A stretch of 32,000 nucleotides of DNA. Origin: Raphidiopsis brookii D9 (GTDB lineage Bacteria; Cyanobacteriota; Cyanobacteriia; Cyanobacteriales; Nostocaceae). Below are positions 9,984-21,429 of the stretch, piece by piece. The stretch lies in contig ACYB01000006.1 in NCBI GenBank assembly GCA_000175855.1, positions 52,768 to 84,767 of the forward strand. The letters are read 5' to 3'. The notes under the pieces are model-generated. The model saw only the letters and a list, made by a program, of their open reading frames with translations. It searched no databases and was not told the origin of the DNA. The position numbers were made by a program, and so were the translations under genes. Positions within the stretch are counted from its first letter, which is position 1. Every line of letters starts with the position of its first letter.

Positions 9984-11244
9984 TTAATTTGACTTTTTTA
10001 AACTTTCCGCTATCAGCAGTTTTTCGTTTAATATTTTTAGTGCGACTTGATACTGCTGATCATCTAAACTGCCCACTTCTTCGCGGCTAATTACTGATTG
10101 TTTAACCTCTACATCTGGCTTAATCCCTAATTTATTAATATCTCGATGGTTAGGTGTTTCATATTTAGCAATTGTCACCGCTAATCCAGAACCGTCACTT
10201 AGTTCAAATAAGGACTGAATTAACCCTTTACCAAAAGTAGTTTCACCAACTAGCTGGGCCCTACCATTGTCTTGTAAAGCACCCGCCAAAATCTCGCTGG
10301 CACTAGCAGTGCCCTGGTTGACCAAAATCACTAGAGGATCTTGAGTTAAGGCTGGACCAAATGCTTCAAAACTCCCTTGTATACCTTGACGGTTAACAGT
10401 ATACACGACCATTCCCGAGTCTAACCATTGACGGGCTACCTCAATTCCCGCTTGTAATAGTCCTCCTGGATTATTGCGCAAATCTAAAATGTAAGCTGTC
10501 GCTCCCCGTTCTTCAAGGCTATTAATTGCATTTGCTAGTTCCAAGGCAGCATTAGCATTGAACTGTGAAAGACAAATATAACCAATTGCTATTCCTTCCG
10601 GGGAAAGACGTAAGTCAGCTAGTACAGGATTTAATTCAATGCGATCGCGCACTAAAACTACTTCTTGATTTGGTTGTCCCTCGCGACCAATAAGTAGGGT
10701 AAGTACTGTGCCAATGGGTCCACGCATGCGCGCTGCTGCTTCATCCACGGTGATATTTTCCGTGGATAAGCCTTCAATTTGTAAAATCCGATCTCGTGGT
10801 TTTAAGCCCGCTCTTTGTGCAGGTGAACCCTGAATAGGTGTAATTACCTCTAATATACCAGTCTCAGAATTAAGAGCGATTTGTAAACCTACACCAGTCA
10901 ACTCTCCAGAAGTGTTAACTTGTAAACTGCGATACTGATCAGGGTCTAAAAATCTGGTGAAAGGATCGTCTAGACTTTTAAGCATATCTCGCACTACTTT
11001 ATATGCTGCTTGATCATTTCCCAGAGGTTGTTTAAAAGCTCGTTGTCTTACCCTTTCCCAGTTTTGGTTATTAAAAGTTGCATCTATATATGAACGGTTA
11101 ACAATTCGCCAAGCCTCGGCTACTAATTTTTGCTGCTGTGTTAAAGCAATAGCTGATGGAACAAAGTAGCCAAAACCCCAGATGAAAGCTAGGCTAAAAG
11201 CCAAAAGTAAAAGAAAATCCCCATCGTAAGAGCCATTTATTCAT
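9984..11244 (-). CDS. ctpA: carboxyl-terminal processing protease (CtpA/S41 family); probable 1-nt frameshift in the signal-peptide region
   Basis: ORF 9984-11204 has PDZ (GVGLQIALNSETGILEVITPIQGSPAQRAGLKPRDRILQIEG) and the S41 core (YILDLRNNPGGLL, VILVNQGTASASEILAGAL, TFGKGLIQSL). The track start is TTG. An upstream ATG (11244) reads MNKWLLRWGFSFT and joins LAFSLAFIWGFGYFVPSAIA if one T of the run at 11203-11206 is removed. Confidence 0.9.
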
Positions 11245-11605
11245 GGAGCTTTTTTCCTCTTATTCCTAACTAAACTAATTATTAACCTCCGGTAGGGAAG
11301 TTTTTAATGAAATTTCACTCTCAATTATGTTACTTTTTTTATGGGGGTGTCTTGTAATCAATTCTGAAGGTAATTATTCTTCAGATGACATGGAAAAGCA
11401 CAACCAGCAAAAAAACGATAAAATCTTCTTGAGAACCAACATTTTTCACGTTGGGTTGCAAGGAGACCGCAATATATTCCATATTTACAGAGTGTTAAGT
11501 TTCTGAAAAACCTAACAGTTTTGTAACCCAGCTGCTTCTTCTGCGCATCCCAATAGCTTTGGGACACTTATCCACCACAGGTAATTTGTAGGGAATTAAA
11601 ATTAT

Positions 11606-12253
11606 ATGGCCAGCGTCTATGATTGGTTTGAGGAACGTTTAGAACTGGAAGCGATCGCTGAGGATGTAACCAGCAAATACGTACCACCCCACGTTAACAT
11701 TTTTTACTGTTTAGGCGGAATTACTCTAGTTTGTTTTCTGATTCAGTTTGCCACTGGATTTGCCATGACATTCTACTACAAGCCTACAGTAGCAGAGGCA
11801 TTCTCCTCTGTGCAGTACATAATGAACGAAGTTAACTTTGGTTGGCTAATTCGCTCTATCCATCGTTGGTCCGCCAGCATGATGGTATTAATGATGATCC
11901 TCCACGTTTTCCGGGTATACCTAACTGGTGGGTTCAAAAACCAACGGGAACTGACCTGGGTTAGCGGAGTAATCCTAGCAGTAATCACTGTTTCCTTTGG
12001 TGTAACTGGTTACTCATTGCCTTGGGACCAAGTGGGTTACTGGGCGGTGAAAATCGTTAGTGGTGTGCCAGAGGCAATTCCCGTAGTAGGGGTTCTGATT
12101 TCTGACTTATTACGTGGTGGTTCTAGCGTAGGTCAAGCGACCCTAACCAGATACTACAGTGCCCACACCTTTGTACTACCTTGGCTAATTGCAGTATTCA
12201 TGCTGTTCCACTTCTTGATGATCCGCAAACAAGGTATTTCTGGACCATTGTAA
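11606..12253 (+). CDS. petB: cytochrome b6 (PetB)
   Basis: 215 aa; [35 protein letters not shown]...[37 protein letters not shown]...HTFVLPWL. Confidence 0.98.
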   Translation: MASVYDWFEERLELEAIAEDVTSKYVPPHVNIFYCLGGITLVCFLIQFATGFAMTFYYKPTVAEAFSSVQYIMNEVNFGWLIRSIHRWSASMMVLMMILHVFRVYLTGGFKNQRELTWVSGVILAVITVSFGVTGYSLPWDQVGYWAVKIVSGVPEAIPVVGVLISDLLRGGSSVGQATLTRYYSAHTFVLPWLIAVFMLFHFLMIRKQGISGPL

Positions 12254-12326
12254 TTGCTGTAAAACTGTAATTAGTGGAAAATTGTAATTACCAGACACTT
12301 GAGTAATCGGGAGACAATAACTAAAA

Positions 12327-12809
12327 ATGTCCACACAAAAGAAACCGGATCTAAGCGATCCTATTTTAAGAGCGAAACTGGCTAAGGGGATGGGTCATAA
12401 CTACTATGGCGAACCTGCTTGGCCCAATGATTTGCTTTATGTATTCCCCATTGTAATCATGGGTTCATTTGCCTGTATTGTAGCCTTAGCTGTGCTAGAG
12501 CCTGCATTAGTAGGTGAACCAGCAAATCCTTTTGCTACCCCCTTAGAAATTCTACCTGAGTGGTATCTGTTCCCAGTGTTCCAGATTCTCCGCTCTCTAC
12601 CCAATAAACTTTTGGGAGTATTGGCTATGGCATCAGTACCCCTGGGACTGATTCTTGTTCCTTTTATTGAAAGCGTTAACAAGTTTCAAAATCCATTCCG
12701 TCGTCCAGTAGCAACAACAGTATTCTTATTTGGTACTCTTGTTACAATTTGGTTAGGTATTGGTGCGGCATTGCCTTTAGACAAATCCCTAACTTTGGGA
12801 CTATTCTAA
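12327..12809 (+). CDS. petD: cytochrome b6-f complex subunit IV (PetD)
   Basis: 160 aa; [37 protein letters not shown]...[34 protein letters not shown]; directly downstream of petB. Confidence 0.98.
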   Translation: MSTQKKPDLSDPILRAKLAKGMGHNYYGEPAWPNDLLYVFPIVIMGSFACIVALAVLEPALVGEPANPFATPLEILPEWYLFPVFQILRSLPNKLLGVLAMASVPLGLILVPFIESVNKFQNPFRRPVATTVFLFGTLVTIWLGIGAALPLDKSLTLGLF

Positions 12810-12898
12810 ATTAGTGAAGCCCTAATTTTGCTGGTCTCAGACTAATACCTGGGGGTTTTAAAAGTGTATGAGAGAGGTTAGGGAGAAATCTGTTTCCC

Positions 12899-13426
12899 GT
12901 GATTTCAACTGATATACTTTTGGAACCAACAGGTTATCAGCGGGTGCTAAATAAAGCTGTTAAATGGCTAAACAACAATTTTAGACTCAGGTCAATGCTT
13001 ACTAAAGTGCAGCAAGACCGAACAACAGTAAAAAGCGACTTAAAGCTACAGAATCAAGTCCAGGAGTGGTTTGAAGCCTTTTGTTTACAACATCTCGTTC
13101 AAGAAGGTTGGTCAGAAAGCCAAATATACCGCATGAATTTGGCATTAGCAGAAGGATTTACCAACGCAGTGCGTCATGCTCATCGGACTTTGCCACCAGA
13201 AACAAATATAGAAATTGAATTGGGTTTATGGGTAGATAGATTAGAAATCCGGATTTGGGATTACGGTCAACCCTTTAATCCTGATCAGATACCAGAACCC
13301 CAACCCGGTACCCTACAAGATCATGGTTATGGATGGTTTTTAATTCGCCGTCTGGCAGACCGGGTAGTTTATGAACGTACAGATAATGAGAGAAACTGTT
13401 TGTTAATCGTAAAAAACCGTTTTTAA
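12899..13426 (+). CDS. RsbW-like anti-sigma factor / HATPase_c serine kinase
   Basis: 175 aa with N-box-like LALAEGFTNAVRHAH, IRIWDYGQPFNPDQIP and GYGWFLIRRLADRV, the HATPase_c G-boxes. Confidence 0.85.
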   Translation: MISTDILLEPTGYQRVLNKAVKWLNNNFRLRSMLTKVQQDRTTVKSDLKLQNQVQEWFEAFCLQHLVQEGWSESQIYRMNLALAEGFTNAVRHAHRTLPPETNIEIELGLWVDRLEIRIWDYGQPFNPDQIPEPQPGTLQDHGYGWFLIRRLADRVVYERTDNERNCLLIVKNRF

Positions 13427-14052
13427 ACGACCTTCAACTCTTGATACATTTGCTGCAAATCAAGAATAGTAAACAAGGTGTCAAAATGCAAGTTAAATGA
13501 TTGATATAATTCTCTTCCTCCTTGAAGTCTGTCTACGAGAGAGACTACCCGATCAACCTTATAACCAGCTGCTGTGAGGCGTTCTACTGCTTGAAGAGCA
13601 GATTTCCCAGTGGTAACCACATCTTCCAAAACCACCACCTTAGCTGCTGGTGGTAAATTTGGACCCTCAATATAAGCCATTGTACCATGTCCCTTAGCTT
13701 CTTTACGAATAATTAGGGCGGGTATGGGTCTACTTTCATAAACAGAGACCACACTAACCGAAGACACAATGGGATCAGCGCCCAGAGTTAAACCAGCGAC
13801 AGCTTGAGTATCCACTGGTAAAATATTAAGTATTAATCTACCTATAGCTAGGGCACCTTGGGGATGAAGAGTGACTTGTTTGCCATTAATATAGTAGGAG
13901 CTGCGCTTTCCAGAGGAGAGAACAAAGTCACCTTCCTGATAAGCAAGCTGACAGAATAAATCTAGTAACTTCCGACGTAGGAGGGTCAAATCACTTGTAG
14001 TTGACCAAATTGTAGAATCATGAGATGTTTCGGTAGAATAGAACATTAGCAC
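13423..14052 (-). CDS. pyrE: orotate phosphoribosyltransferase
   Basis: 209 aa; SSGKRSSYYINGKQVTLHPQGALAIGRLI, VVVLEDVVTTGKSALQAVERLTAAGYKV. Confidence 0.92.
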   Translation of the reverse strand: MLMFYSTETSHDSTIWSTTSDLTLLRRKLLDLFCQLAYQEGDFVLSSGKRSSYYINGKQVTLHPQGALAIGRLILNILPVDTQAVAGLTLGADPIVSSVSVVSVYESRPIPALIIRKEAKGHGTMAYIEGPNLPPAAKVVVLEDVVTTGKSALQAVERLTAAGYKVDRVVSLVDRLQGGRELYQSFNLHFDTLFTILDLQQMYQELKVV

Positions 14053-14073
14053 TTATTAACTGTTAATGGATGT

Positions 14074-14578
14074 CTATGATTGGTTTTGCCCAATCCTTAA
14101 ACCCATAATAATTAAATCCCGTTCCAGACCTGCCAAATCGGCAACCTTGGGTAAGAGTCCCCAGTGTTGAAAGCCAAATTGAGCAAATAGTTGTAAACTG
14201 GGTTGATTATGGGCAAAAATAAAAGCTAAGGAGAGTTTTTATTCCCAAATTGGGACTTTCATGGATCGCTTTTAGCAGTAAGGTTTTGCCCAAACCACGT
14301 CTGTGAAAGCTGGGGGAAATATAAATACTGATTTCAGCAGTAGCATGATAAGCTGGTCTACCGTAGAAGGATTGAAAACTTAGCCAACCACCAATATTGT
14401 CATTGACTTCCACCACCCACAGAGGACTGCGTGAAGGTACTCTTTCCTGAAACCATGTCATCCGACTTTCCAGGGTTACAGGTTCCAGATCCGCAGTGGC
14501 CATGCGGGTGGGAACAGCTGCATTATAAATGGCGACAATTGCTGGTAAATCTAACTCCGTCGCATTGCGGATAATCAT
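14074..14578 (-). CDS. GNAT acetyltransferase (phosphinothricin acetyltransferase-like), interrupted by a 1-nt indel near 14226-14232
   Basis: ORF 14207-14578: MIIRNATELDLPAIVAIYNAAVPTRMATADLEPVT...ISIYISPSFHRRGLGKTLL. The next frame continues the fold: AFIFAHNQPSLQLFAQFGFQHWGLLPKVADLAGLERDLIIMGLRIGQNQS*. Confidence 0.82.
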
Positions 14579-14590
14579 CTCAAGTTAGTC

Positions 14591-15940
14591 CTATCTATAT
14601 CCTTCCCACGGAGAAACTTCCAAAACACCATTGGGTTTGAAAACCACTCGAAAATGCGCCAGAGGTTCCTGATTTTTAGGGGCGGCTAAATTTGAACCAT
14701 AGAGGCTTTGAAATATTTCTGGTAGGGGAGTTTCTGCATAATAGTCAAAGGCAACTTGGTTTAATGGTTCGTAGTCGGCAATGACACCGTTTTGGTTGAT
14801 GGCTACTCGATATCTCAGTTCTCTGGGGAAGGAAGGTTTAACACTCCAGTTCTGCCTAATTGTCCGATATAGGGTTCGATTTAACCTCCTTATGGAACTA
14901 GAATCAGTAATTTTATCCCCTATAACATCTGGGGTACGACTATACCCAATCCACGGGCTAACTTGTAACTGGGCCTTATTTGTAAACACGACCCGAAATT
15001 GAGCTATGGGCTCTTTATTACTAGTACCACTGACAGGGTTGTATAACAACCCTGGTAGGGGGGTTGTCTCTATTTGATCACTAGAACTTTGATTAACTGA
15101 CTTATATCCTATAATACGACCATCTGCTGAAACACCAACACGATAAATCAAGTTTTCTCTCACTTGTCCTCGATTTTCCCACTTTGAATTAATTTGGGTA
15201 TACACTTGTCGGTTTAAAGACTTCAACTGGGAGGGGTCAGTAATTTCTGGAACAGTATTGAGCAGTGCTTCTAAATCTTGAATATTAGATGCTAGTTTGG
15301 AATCGGATACAGATGATGATTCTGATGTTTCCCGGTTAGTTGGTGTATTCTGTGCGTTTGGGCTAAACCGGGGTGGGGCAATAAAGCTTAGGGACAGGGC
15401 TGCGATAGCTAGACTGGACACTCCTACAGTAGCTGGCACTGCTTGTCTCAGTGCCACCTGACCAGACACACCATAACTCCTGCTAACCGGTTGTAATTGC
15501 AAGATCAGTTCTGGCAATGTTTGGCTATCGGCAAAAAATTGATCAACCGCCTCCACTAAATCAAATAGCCCAACCGTATTTATGTCTATTCTCAGGGCGT
15601 TCTCTGGGGACATACTAGAATCTGAATGTACAATTAGTTGGTGTCTGTCACTACTAATTCTTTCTAATTCCACTAACTCTGACCCCTTGCTGTGGGCGTG
15701 AGGATTAGGTACATTACTTAGAAATTCCTGTGCATAGCCACTTACGGACCTGACCAAACTCTCAAAAAATTCTCGGCCCCCACTTATGGGTTGATTGTAA
15801 CCGGACAGGTAGCATTCAGCATTAATGAGTATGGACATCTCAGGACGACTCTGAGATAAGAGATTTGTCGAAGGAGCAGTACTAAATCCTTCTAAAAGGA
15901 TTGTGCAATTAGGTAAACTATATTTACGTTGAATGTTCAT
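14591..15940 (-). CDS. DUF4335-like cyanobacterial protein
   Basis: 449 aa; MNIQRKYSLPNCTILLEGFST...; two copies of an internal C-terminal module (GVSADGRIIGYKSVNQ...TPLPGLL...FRVVFTNKAQLQVSPWIGY / AINQNGVIADYEPLNQ...TPLPEIF...FRVVFKPNGVLEVSPWEGY). Confidence 0.75.
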   Translation of the reverse strand: MNIQRKYSLPNCTILLEGFSTAPSTNLLSQSRPEMSILINAECYLSGYNQPISGGREFFESLVRSVSGYAQEFLSNVPNPHAHSKGSELVELERISSDRHQLIVHSDSSMSPENALRIDINTVGLFDLVEAVDQFFADSQTLPELILQLQPVSRSYGVSGQVALRQAVPATVGVSSLAIAALSLSFIAPPRFSPNAQNTPTNRETSESSSVSDSKLASNIQDLEALLNTVPEITDPSQLKSLNRQVYTQINSKWENRGQVRENLIYRVGVSADGRIIGYKSVNQSSSDQIETTPLPGLLYNPVSGTSNKEPIAQFRVVFTNKAQLQVSPWIGYSRTPDVIGDKITDSSSIRRLNRTLYRTIRQNWSVKPSFPRELRYRVAINQNGVIADYEPLNQVAFDYYAETPLPEIFQSLYGSNLAAPKNQEPLAHFRVVFKPNGVLEVSPWEGYR

Positions 15941-16565
15941 TCTACCTCGCCGTCAAAAAGAGAAATCCAAAAGCGTTGCATACCTGCTGTACCAGTGCAA
16001 AATAGTAGTTTGGCTAATAAATCTATGGCAAGTTGATCTAACTTTTCATCAGAATTATTGGGTGTAAGTAGGACAGAACGTCTGGGATTCATGCGGCTTT
16101 TAAAATGGGTTCTAAATCTTTCTAAATAATTAGCCAGACGCAAATTATGGGACAGAGGAATTTGTTTTTCCGATAGTTGTTGATATATCATCAGTAGCTG
16201 ACGAATCACCACTGTCAATCTTTTGGCCATATAAGAGGTAATAATCACTAGACACTTGGCCTCCATAGTAGTCAGGGGACGCCGGGTGTGGGCCTTGCGC
16301 AGCGGGTTAGCAGCACGCATTCGCCATAAATTAACCCGATTTCTGATCACCTGATTTAGTTCCAGTTCCTGAGCAAAGGTGAGTATGGCCTCCGAACCAC
16401 CTAATTCTATGGACTCAATTGCCAGTAGGATTAGGTCAATGTCTGTGGCGGTTCTCCTAGGACATACTCCATTTACCAGGGGGGATCGGGCAAGTTCTCC
16501 AAAATTATTGGAGTAGAACTAGCAGTGGGGGGATCAAATGTAGTTGTGCTTGCATAGGAGTTCAT
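15937..16565 (-). CDS. DUF3038-like cyanobacterial protein, interrupted by a 1-nt deletion in the G6/C6 run at 16479-16484
   Basis: ORF 15937-16350 carries the C-terminal body. A manual read of the reverse strand gives MNSYASTTTFDPPTASSTPIILENLPDPP, then after restoring one C, LVNGVCPRRTATDIDLILLAIESIELGGSEAILTFAQELELNQVIRNRVNLWRMRAANPLRK.... Its stop overlaps the DUF4335 start by 4 nt. Confidence 0.78.
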
Positions 16566-16687
16566 GCTCTAAAATATCCTGTAATATACGAGTGAAAAAT
16601 TTAGTATGGCAAGTTCGTGATCTTTGATTGCATTTTAGTTCCCACCATTCTACCATATTTTGTATTAACTGTGAACTCCAGACTAGT

Positions 16688-17206
16688 ATGAACTTAAAAT
16701 CTCTCATTCGTGACATACCCGATTTTCCTAAGCCTGGAATTTTATTTAGGGACATTACTACTTTACTTTGTGATCCCCAAGGTTTGCGCTATACTATTGA
16801 CCTTTTGGCAGAAAAATGTGAAACCCTAGGAATGCAGCTAGATTGTGTTGTAGGTATGGAGTCAAGAGGTTTTATTTTCGGTGCACCTTTGGCTTATAAG
16901 TTAGCATCCGGTTTTGTCCCCGTCCGGAAAAAGGGAAAGTTACCAGCAGCAGTTCACAGGATTGATTATCAGTTAGAATATGGTACAGATAGTCTAGAAG
17001 TACATCAGGATGCTTTGACTCCTGGGAGTAGGGTTCTAATTGTAGATGATTTGATTGCTACTGGCGGTACTGCTAGTGCTACAGCCAAGTTGCTAGAAAA
17101 AATCGGTTGTGAATTAGTGGGCTTTGGTTTTATTGTTGAACTTAAAGATTTGCAAGGACGTAAATATTTACCTGATGTGCCAATTATCTCTCTAGTAGAA
17201 TATTGA
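16688..17206 (+). CDS. apt: adenine phosphoribosyltransferase
   Basis: From the internal Met: [27 protein letters not shown]...[17 protein letters not shown]...[23 protein letters not shown]. Confidence 0.95.
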   Translation: MNLKSLIRDIPDFPKPGILFRDITTLLCDPQGLRYTIDLLAEKCETLGMQLDCVVGMESRGFIFGAPLAYKLASGFVPVRKKGKLPAAVHRIDYQLEYGTDSLEVHQDALTPGSRVLIVDDLIATGGTASATAKLLEKIGCELVGFGFIVELKDLQGRKYLPDVPIISLVEY

Positions 17207-17226
17207 TAGGTTATTAAAACTCAGAG

Positions 17227-18276
17227 TTGCTCATGACAAAGATTAAAACTCCTTTAATTAGGATTCCGAATTGGTTAATTAAACTGATTAACGACGAGAC
17301 TTATATTTACATTGCTAAGCGTTTATTACAGGCTTTGCTAACCATTTTTCTGGCTTCTGCACTGTCATTCTTTGTCATGAAGTTTTCTCCTGGGGATTAT
17401 ATAGACACACTTAGGCAAAATCCCAAGATTTCCCCGGAAAGAATTGAGGAAATTAGGCGGCAATTTGGATTGGATAGAACTTGGTGGGAACAATTTTTAT
17501 TATGGCTCAAGCAAATCATCACTAAGGGTGATTTTGGCACTAGTTTTGTTTACCAACGTCCTGTAGCTTCCCTTATCTGGGAAAGGATACCAAATACCTT
17601 ATTGTTGGCAGTTGCATCTTTGACTGTTACCTGGGCGGTGGCTATTCCTCTGGGTATTATTGCTGCTGTTCAACAAAATCGGGCCACGGATAAGGTTCTT
17701 CAAGTTTTGAGTTATGCTGGTCAGGGTTTTCCTAGTTTTATTACGGCCCTATTTCTGTTGTTTGTCGCTCAAGTTACCACCCCTTTATTTCCAGTAGGTA
17801 ATATTACTAGTCTTGACCATGCTGAATTGACATGGTTGGGTAAAATATTAGATGTTGGTTGGCATATAATATTGCCTTTGATTGCCCTAAGTATTACCAG
17901 TTTTGCTGGCTTACAAAGGATTATGCGTGGTCAACTGCTAGACACTCTCCGCCAAGACTACATTCAAACTGCCCGCGCCAAAGGACTACCAGAAAATCGA
18001 GTTATTTATGTTCATGCTTTAAGAAATGCTATTAACCCTTTAATCACTTTGCTAGGATTTGAATTAGCAAGTCTATTAAGTGGTGCATTTATCACAGAGA
18101 ACTTTTTCAACTGGCCAGGATTGGGCAAGTTGACTTTACAAGCTGTTTTGGCAAAAGATCAATACTTAGTAATGGCCAGTTTAGTGATGAGTGCTGTATT
18201 ATTAATTTTTGGGAATTTAATTGCTGACCTAATGTTAAAAGTAGCCGATCCTAGAATCAGATTAGAGGACTTATAA
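17227..18276 (+). CDS. DppB/OppB-type ABC transporter permease
   Basis: 349 aa; YIAKRLLQALLTIFLASALSFFVMKFSPGD, RRQFGLDRTWWEQFLLWL, and the permease EAA-loop-like LRQDYIQTARAKGLPENRVIYVHALRNAINPLITLLG. Confidence 0.93.
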   Translation: MLMTKIKTPLIRIPNWLIKLINDETYIYIAKRLLQALLTIFLASALSFFVMKFSPGDYIDTLRQNPKISPERIEEIRRQFGLDRTWWEQFLLWLKQIITKGDFGTSFVYQRPVASLIWERIPNTLLLAVASLTVTWAVAIPLGIIAAVQQNRATDKVLQVLSYAGQGFPSFITALFLLFVAQVTTPLFPVGNITSLDHAELTWLGKILDVGWHIILPLIALSITSFAGLQRIMRGQLLDTLRQDYIQTARAKGLPENRVIYVHALRNAINPLITLLGFELASLLSGAFITENFFNWPGLGKLTLQAVLAKDQYLVMASLVMSAVLLIFGNLIADLMLKVADPRIRLEDL

Positions 18277-18397
18277 CCTTGGCTACAGAAACTAGCGCTG
18301 CTGAATTAAGACCTTCAACAACGCTTCTTGTGAATTATAGGAGCAAATACAAAGTTCTCTAACCCTAATTAGTGGTTAATAATTGCTCAGATAAAAT

Positions 18398-18805
<408 letters not shown>

Positions 18806-18848
18806 ATTCATTTAACACTGATGAGAAATATATCTTATGTATTTTATA

Positions 18849-21274
18849 TCACCTTTTTGGATTTTCTTCCAGGAGGGACTGCCAATCGGAAATGGCTTGT
18901 TCTGTCCACAACCAATTCCGAGTCAACCTCTCCACTGTAAATTGCTCAGGTTCTTTCTCAATTATCATTTGACGCAGTTTTATTGCTTCGTCAATATATT
19001 TTTGCCTTCTATTGGGAGGTTGATCATTTGCGGACTTATATAAACCCAAAGCCAATCCCCCGTGAGCAGTTAGGGAATCTAGGGAGACCTTATTAGATTT
19101 TAAGGAAAGATTAACTGACCTAAACCAGAAGTCATTAGCATAATTCAACTTTCCCTCAGCATAATAAGCAAATCCTAGTGCATTATTATACATAATAGAA
19201 CTAGGTTGACTCTTGACTGCAACTTCCCAGTAACGTCGGGCATCATCAATACTATATTTCTTATCTCGCATTTGAGCGGACTGCCAAGCCAATCTTCCCC
19301 GCAAAAAATTAACAGCAGGATTTTTCCAATGTTTGGAAGGAATTGACGAAAGAGCAGTATCTGCAAGTTTAAAATCACCTCGGTCTAATAGCTTTTCCAC
19401 AGCGACAAGACCTCTCTCTAAATTGCCCTGGCTCAATTCCGTTATTGCTTGGCTAGAAACAATTTCGGTTTTAGCTGTTTGTAGGTTAATTGCTTCCACT
19501 GTTTCCCGAGAGGAGGCAATATTTGGCATATCAGAGACCGATGAACGACGATTCCACCACCAGATTAGGGTAATAATCACGGCTAAACTACTGACCACCA
19601 ACACTCCCAAATTAATTTGGGCTTACGGTCAATGGCAACTTTAGTTATTGGTGGTAATGGCACATCTGGAGAAACCCTTCTCCTAGGGTCTCTATGCAGC
19701 TGGTTCGATGATTTAGCAGTCTTTGAATCATTCCAACCATCAAATTCATTTTCCCCTCCGGTGCTTTCCTGTCCCTTAATTAGTATTCCTGGTTCAGCTT
19801 TGACGATTAGTTGTTCACTGGCAACTGGTTTATTATCAATTCTGCGCAACAAGTCCGCTACAATCGCTGCATCTTGGTCATCATTTTCCTGGTCATGGTT
19901 AACTCCACCCATTAAATCCCACTGACTATCCTCTAACCAGTCTAAATCTGATGTTTCTTTTGTTAACCCATAGTCCATAATCTCTTCTAGACCTGGGTTA
20001 GCTTCCAAATCATCTATTTTGTGTTCGGGTACTTCGCTTTCAAATCCGCTTATTGTTGATTGATAATCTCCAAAAAACTCTGAACTGCCAGAAGGACCTA
20101 ATTGAGGTCTGACAAAACCCTCAAATTCCCTGTGTAAATACAACGTAGGCAAAGCCCAGTACACCTGATGGGAACCATAGGCGGAAATTAACCCCTGACG
20201 CACTCGACTTACACATAAATCCAGAGGGTAGCCTTGACGAAGATTACGATAGAATAATTGTGTTAATGTCAAAGCTACTTCGTCAGGAATGCGTTCAGAC
20301 ATAGCCAAAACACTACTAATACCTCTTTTAACTAAACTTTCCGTTAAGTTTTGCTCCCCCGTATCTCCTTCACTATCGGATTTAGCTCTGTAAGCTCCCA
20401 AACAGGAGTTAAACACGGCCATTTGAATATTATTATTGACCAGTAACCCTGCTAAATCATCACCAGTTAGTGATTCTGTTAGTCCTGTTCGACGACTGAC
20501 TAGATAGATCTCCCCCCCCTGAGACCCTACATTACTATGACCTGAGTAATGAAGAACATGGTATCTTCCCTGTTCCAAGGACCGAGTTAACTCTTCTCTA
20601 CCCGGTTGTTCTAAAACCGTTAGTTCAATTTCCGGTAAGTCTTTATTACTTTCCTTCTGAACCCAGTCATTACGATTTAACTCTGATTTCAAATTAAATG
20701 CTTCTTGTTTAAGTAAGTCAAGTTTAGCTTGATCCACAGGACAAGAAATTACCATTAACACTTTGATGAGATTTTCTTCTTGGCGTGTAGGTAAGCGTGT
20801 GGGACTTGACACAGAAAGAACACCGTTTTGATAGCGAGAGAAAGCAATATAGGGACCGGTAGCTACAGGACGGTCCCCCGCATGCATAACCTCCCACGGT
20901 AATCGTGCCAATTTGTTGTCTTTTAGTCCTAAGCGCAATCGCAACAACTGCTGTTGATTTTGGGCAACTCCCTGAGCTGTAATCCAACTATCTCTGAGGG
21001 TACCTTGAAACAGCGCATTATATAACTTTTGACCTAATGCCACAAGGTTTACAGAGCTTCTGGCAGTGCCCGCAGCGGGCTGGGTCAAGCCTTCCCCCTG
21101 TAGCACTGATTTTAAAGGGTCATTCATTAAATGTTCCGCAGCTGCTAACCATTCAGCTACAGGCCAAGTAACCAGTTCTTCTGCCAAGGGCACCCCAGGT
21201 GCGACTTGTTCCGTCCGCACCAAGTAGTCACTTTGCCCTACTGGGGTTACGGAAATGTGAAATTCCTGGGTCAC
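18849..21274 (-). CDS. CHAT-domain (caspase-like) protein with a transmembrane segment and C-terminal TPR-like region; split by an apparent 1-nt deletion near 19616-19618
   Basis: ORF 19583-21274 has the CHAT His motif RYHVLHYSGHSN and Cys motif MAVFNSCLGAYRA. ORF 18849-19610 starts at a TTG and reads LGVLVVSSLAVIITLIWWW (TM), then TPR-like helices (WRSA..YYAEGKLNYANDFW). Restoring one A gives ...PPITKVAIDRKPKINLGVLVVSSLAV.... Confidence 0.8.
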
Positions 21275-21429
21275 AACCTCTCCTGTTTGCCTCCTAAAAC
21301 TTGCTTCTTGCCTAAAAAGTTTCTAGTTTCCTTTTGTACCATACTAAATATTTTACTAACACTTTGGAAGGATTTTTTTGACAAATGTTCCCATTCGACC
21401 ATCATTTTTTTCCTGGATGGTTTAGGAAC

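Noticed and set aside
11358-11567. 69-aa minus-strand ORF upstream of petB
   Set aside because: No recognisable domain, Cys/aromatic-rich composition, and it covers the petB leader; most likely chance.
14074-16565. GNAT and DUF3038 breaks considered as mobile-element insertion scars
   Set aside because: Each is repaired by one base with no inserted sequence or target-site duplication.
16534-16755. 73-aa minus-strand ORF ([13 protein letters not shown]...) between DUF3038 and apt
   Set aside because: Antisense to the 5' end of apt, and overlaps the true DUF3038 N-terminus in another frame.
20724-20987. 87-aa ORF within the CHAT gene
   Set aside because: Same-strand alternate frame of the CHAT coding sequence; Ser/Cys-rich chance translation.
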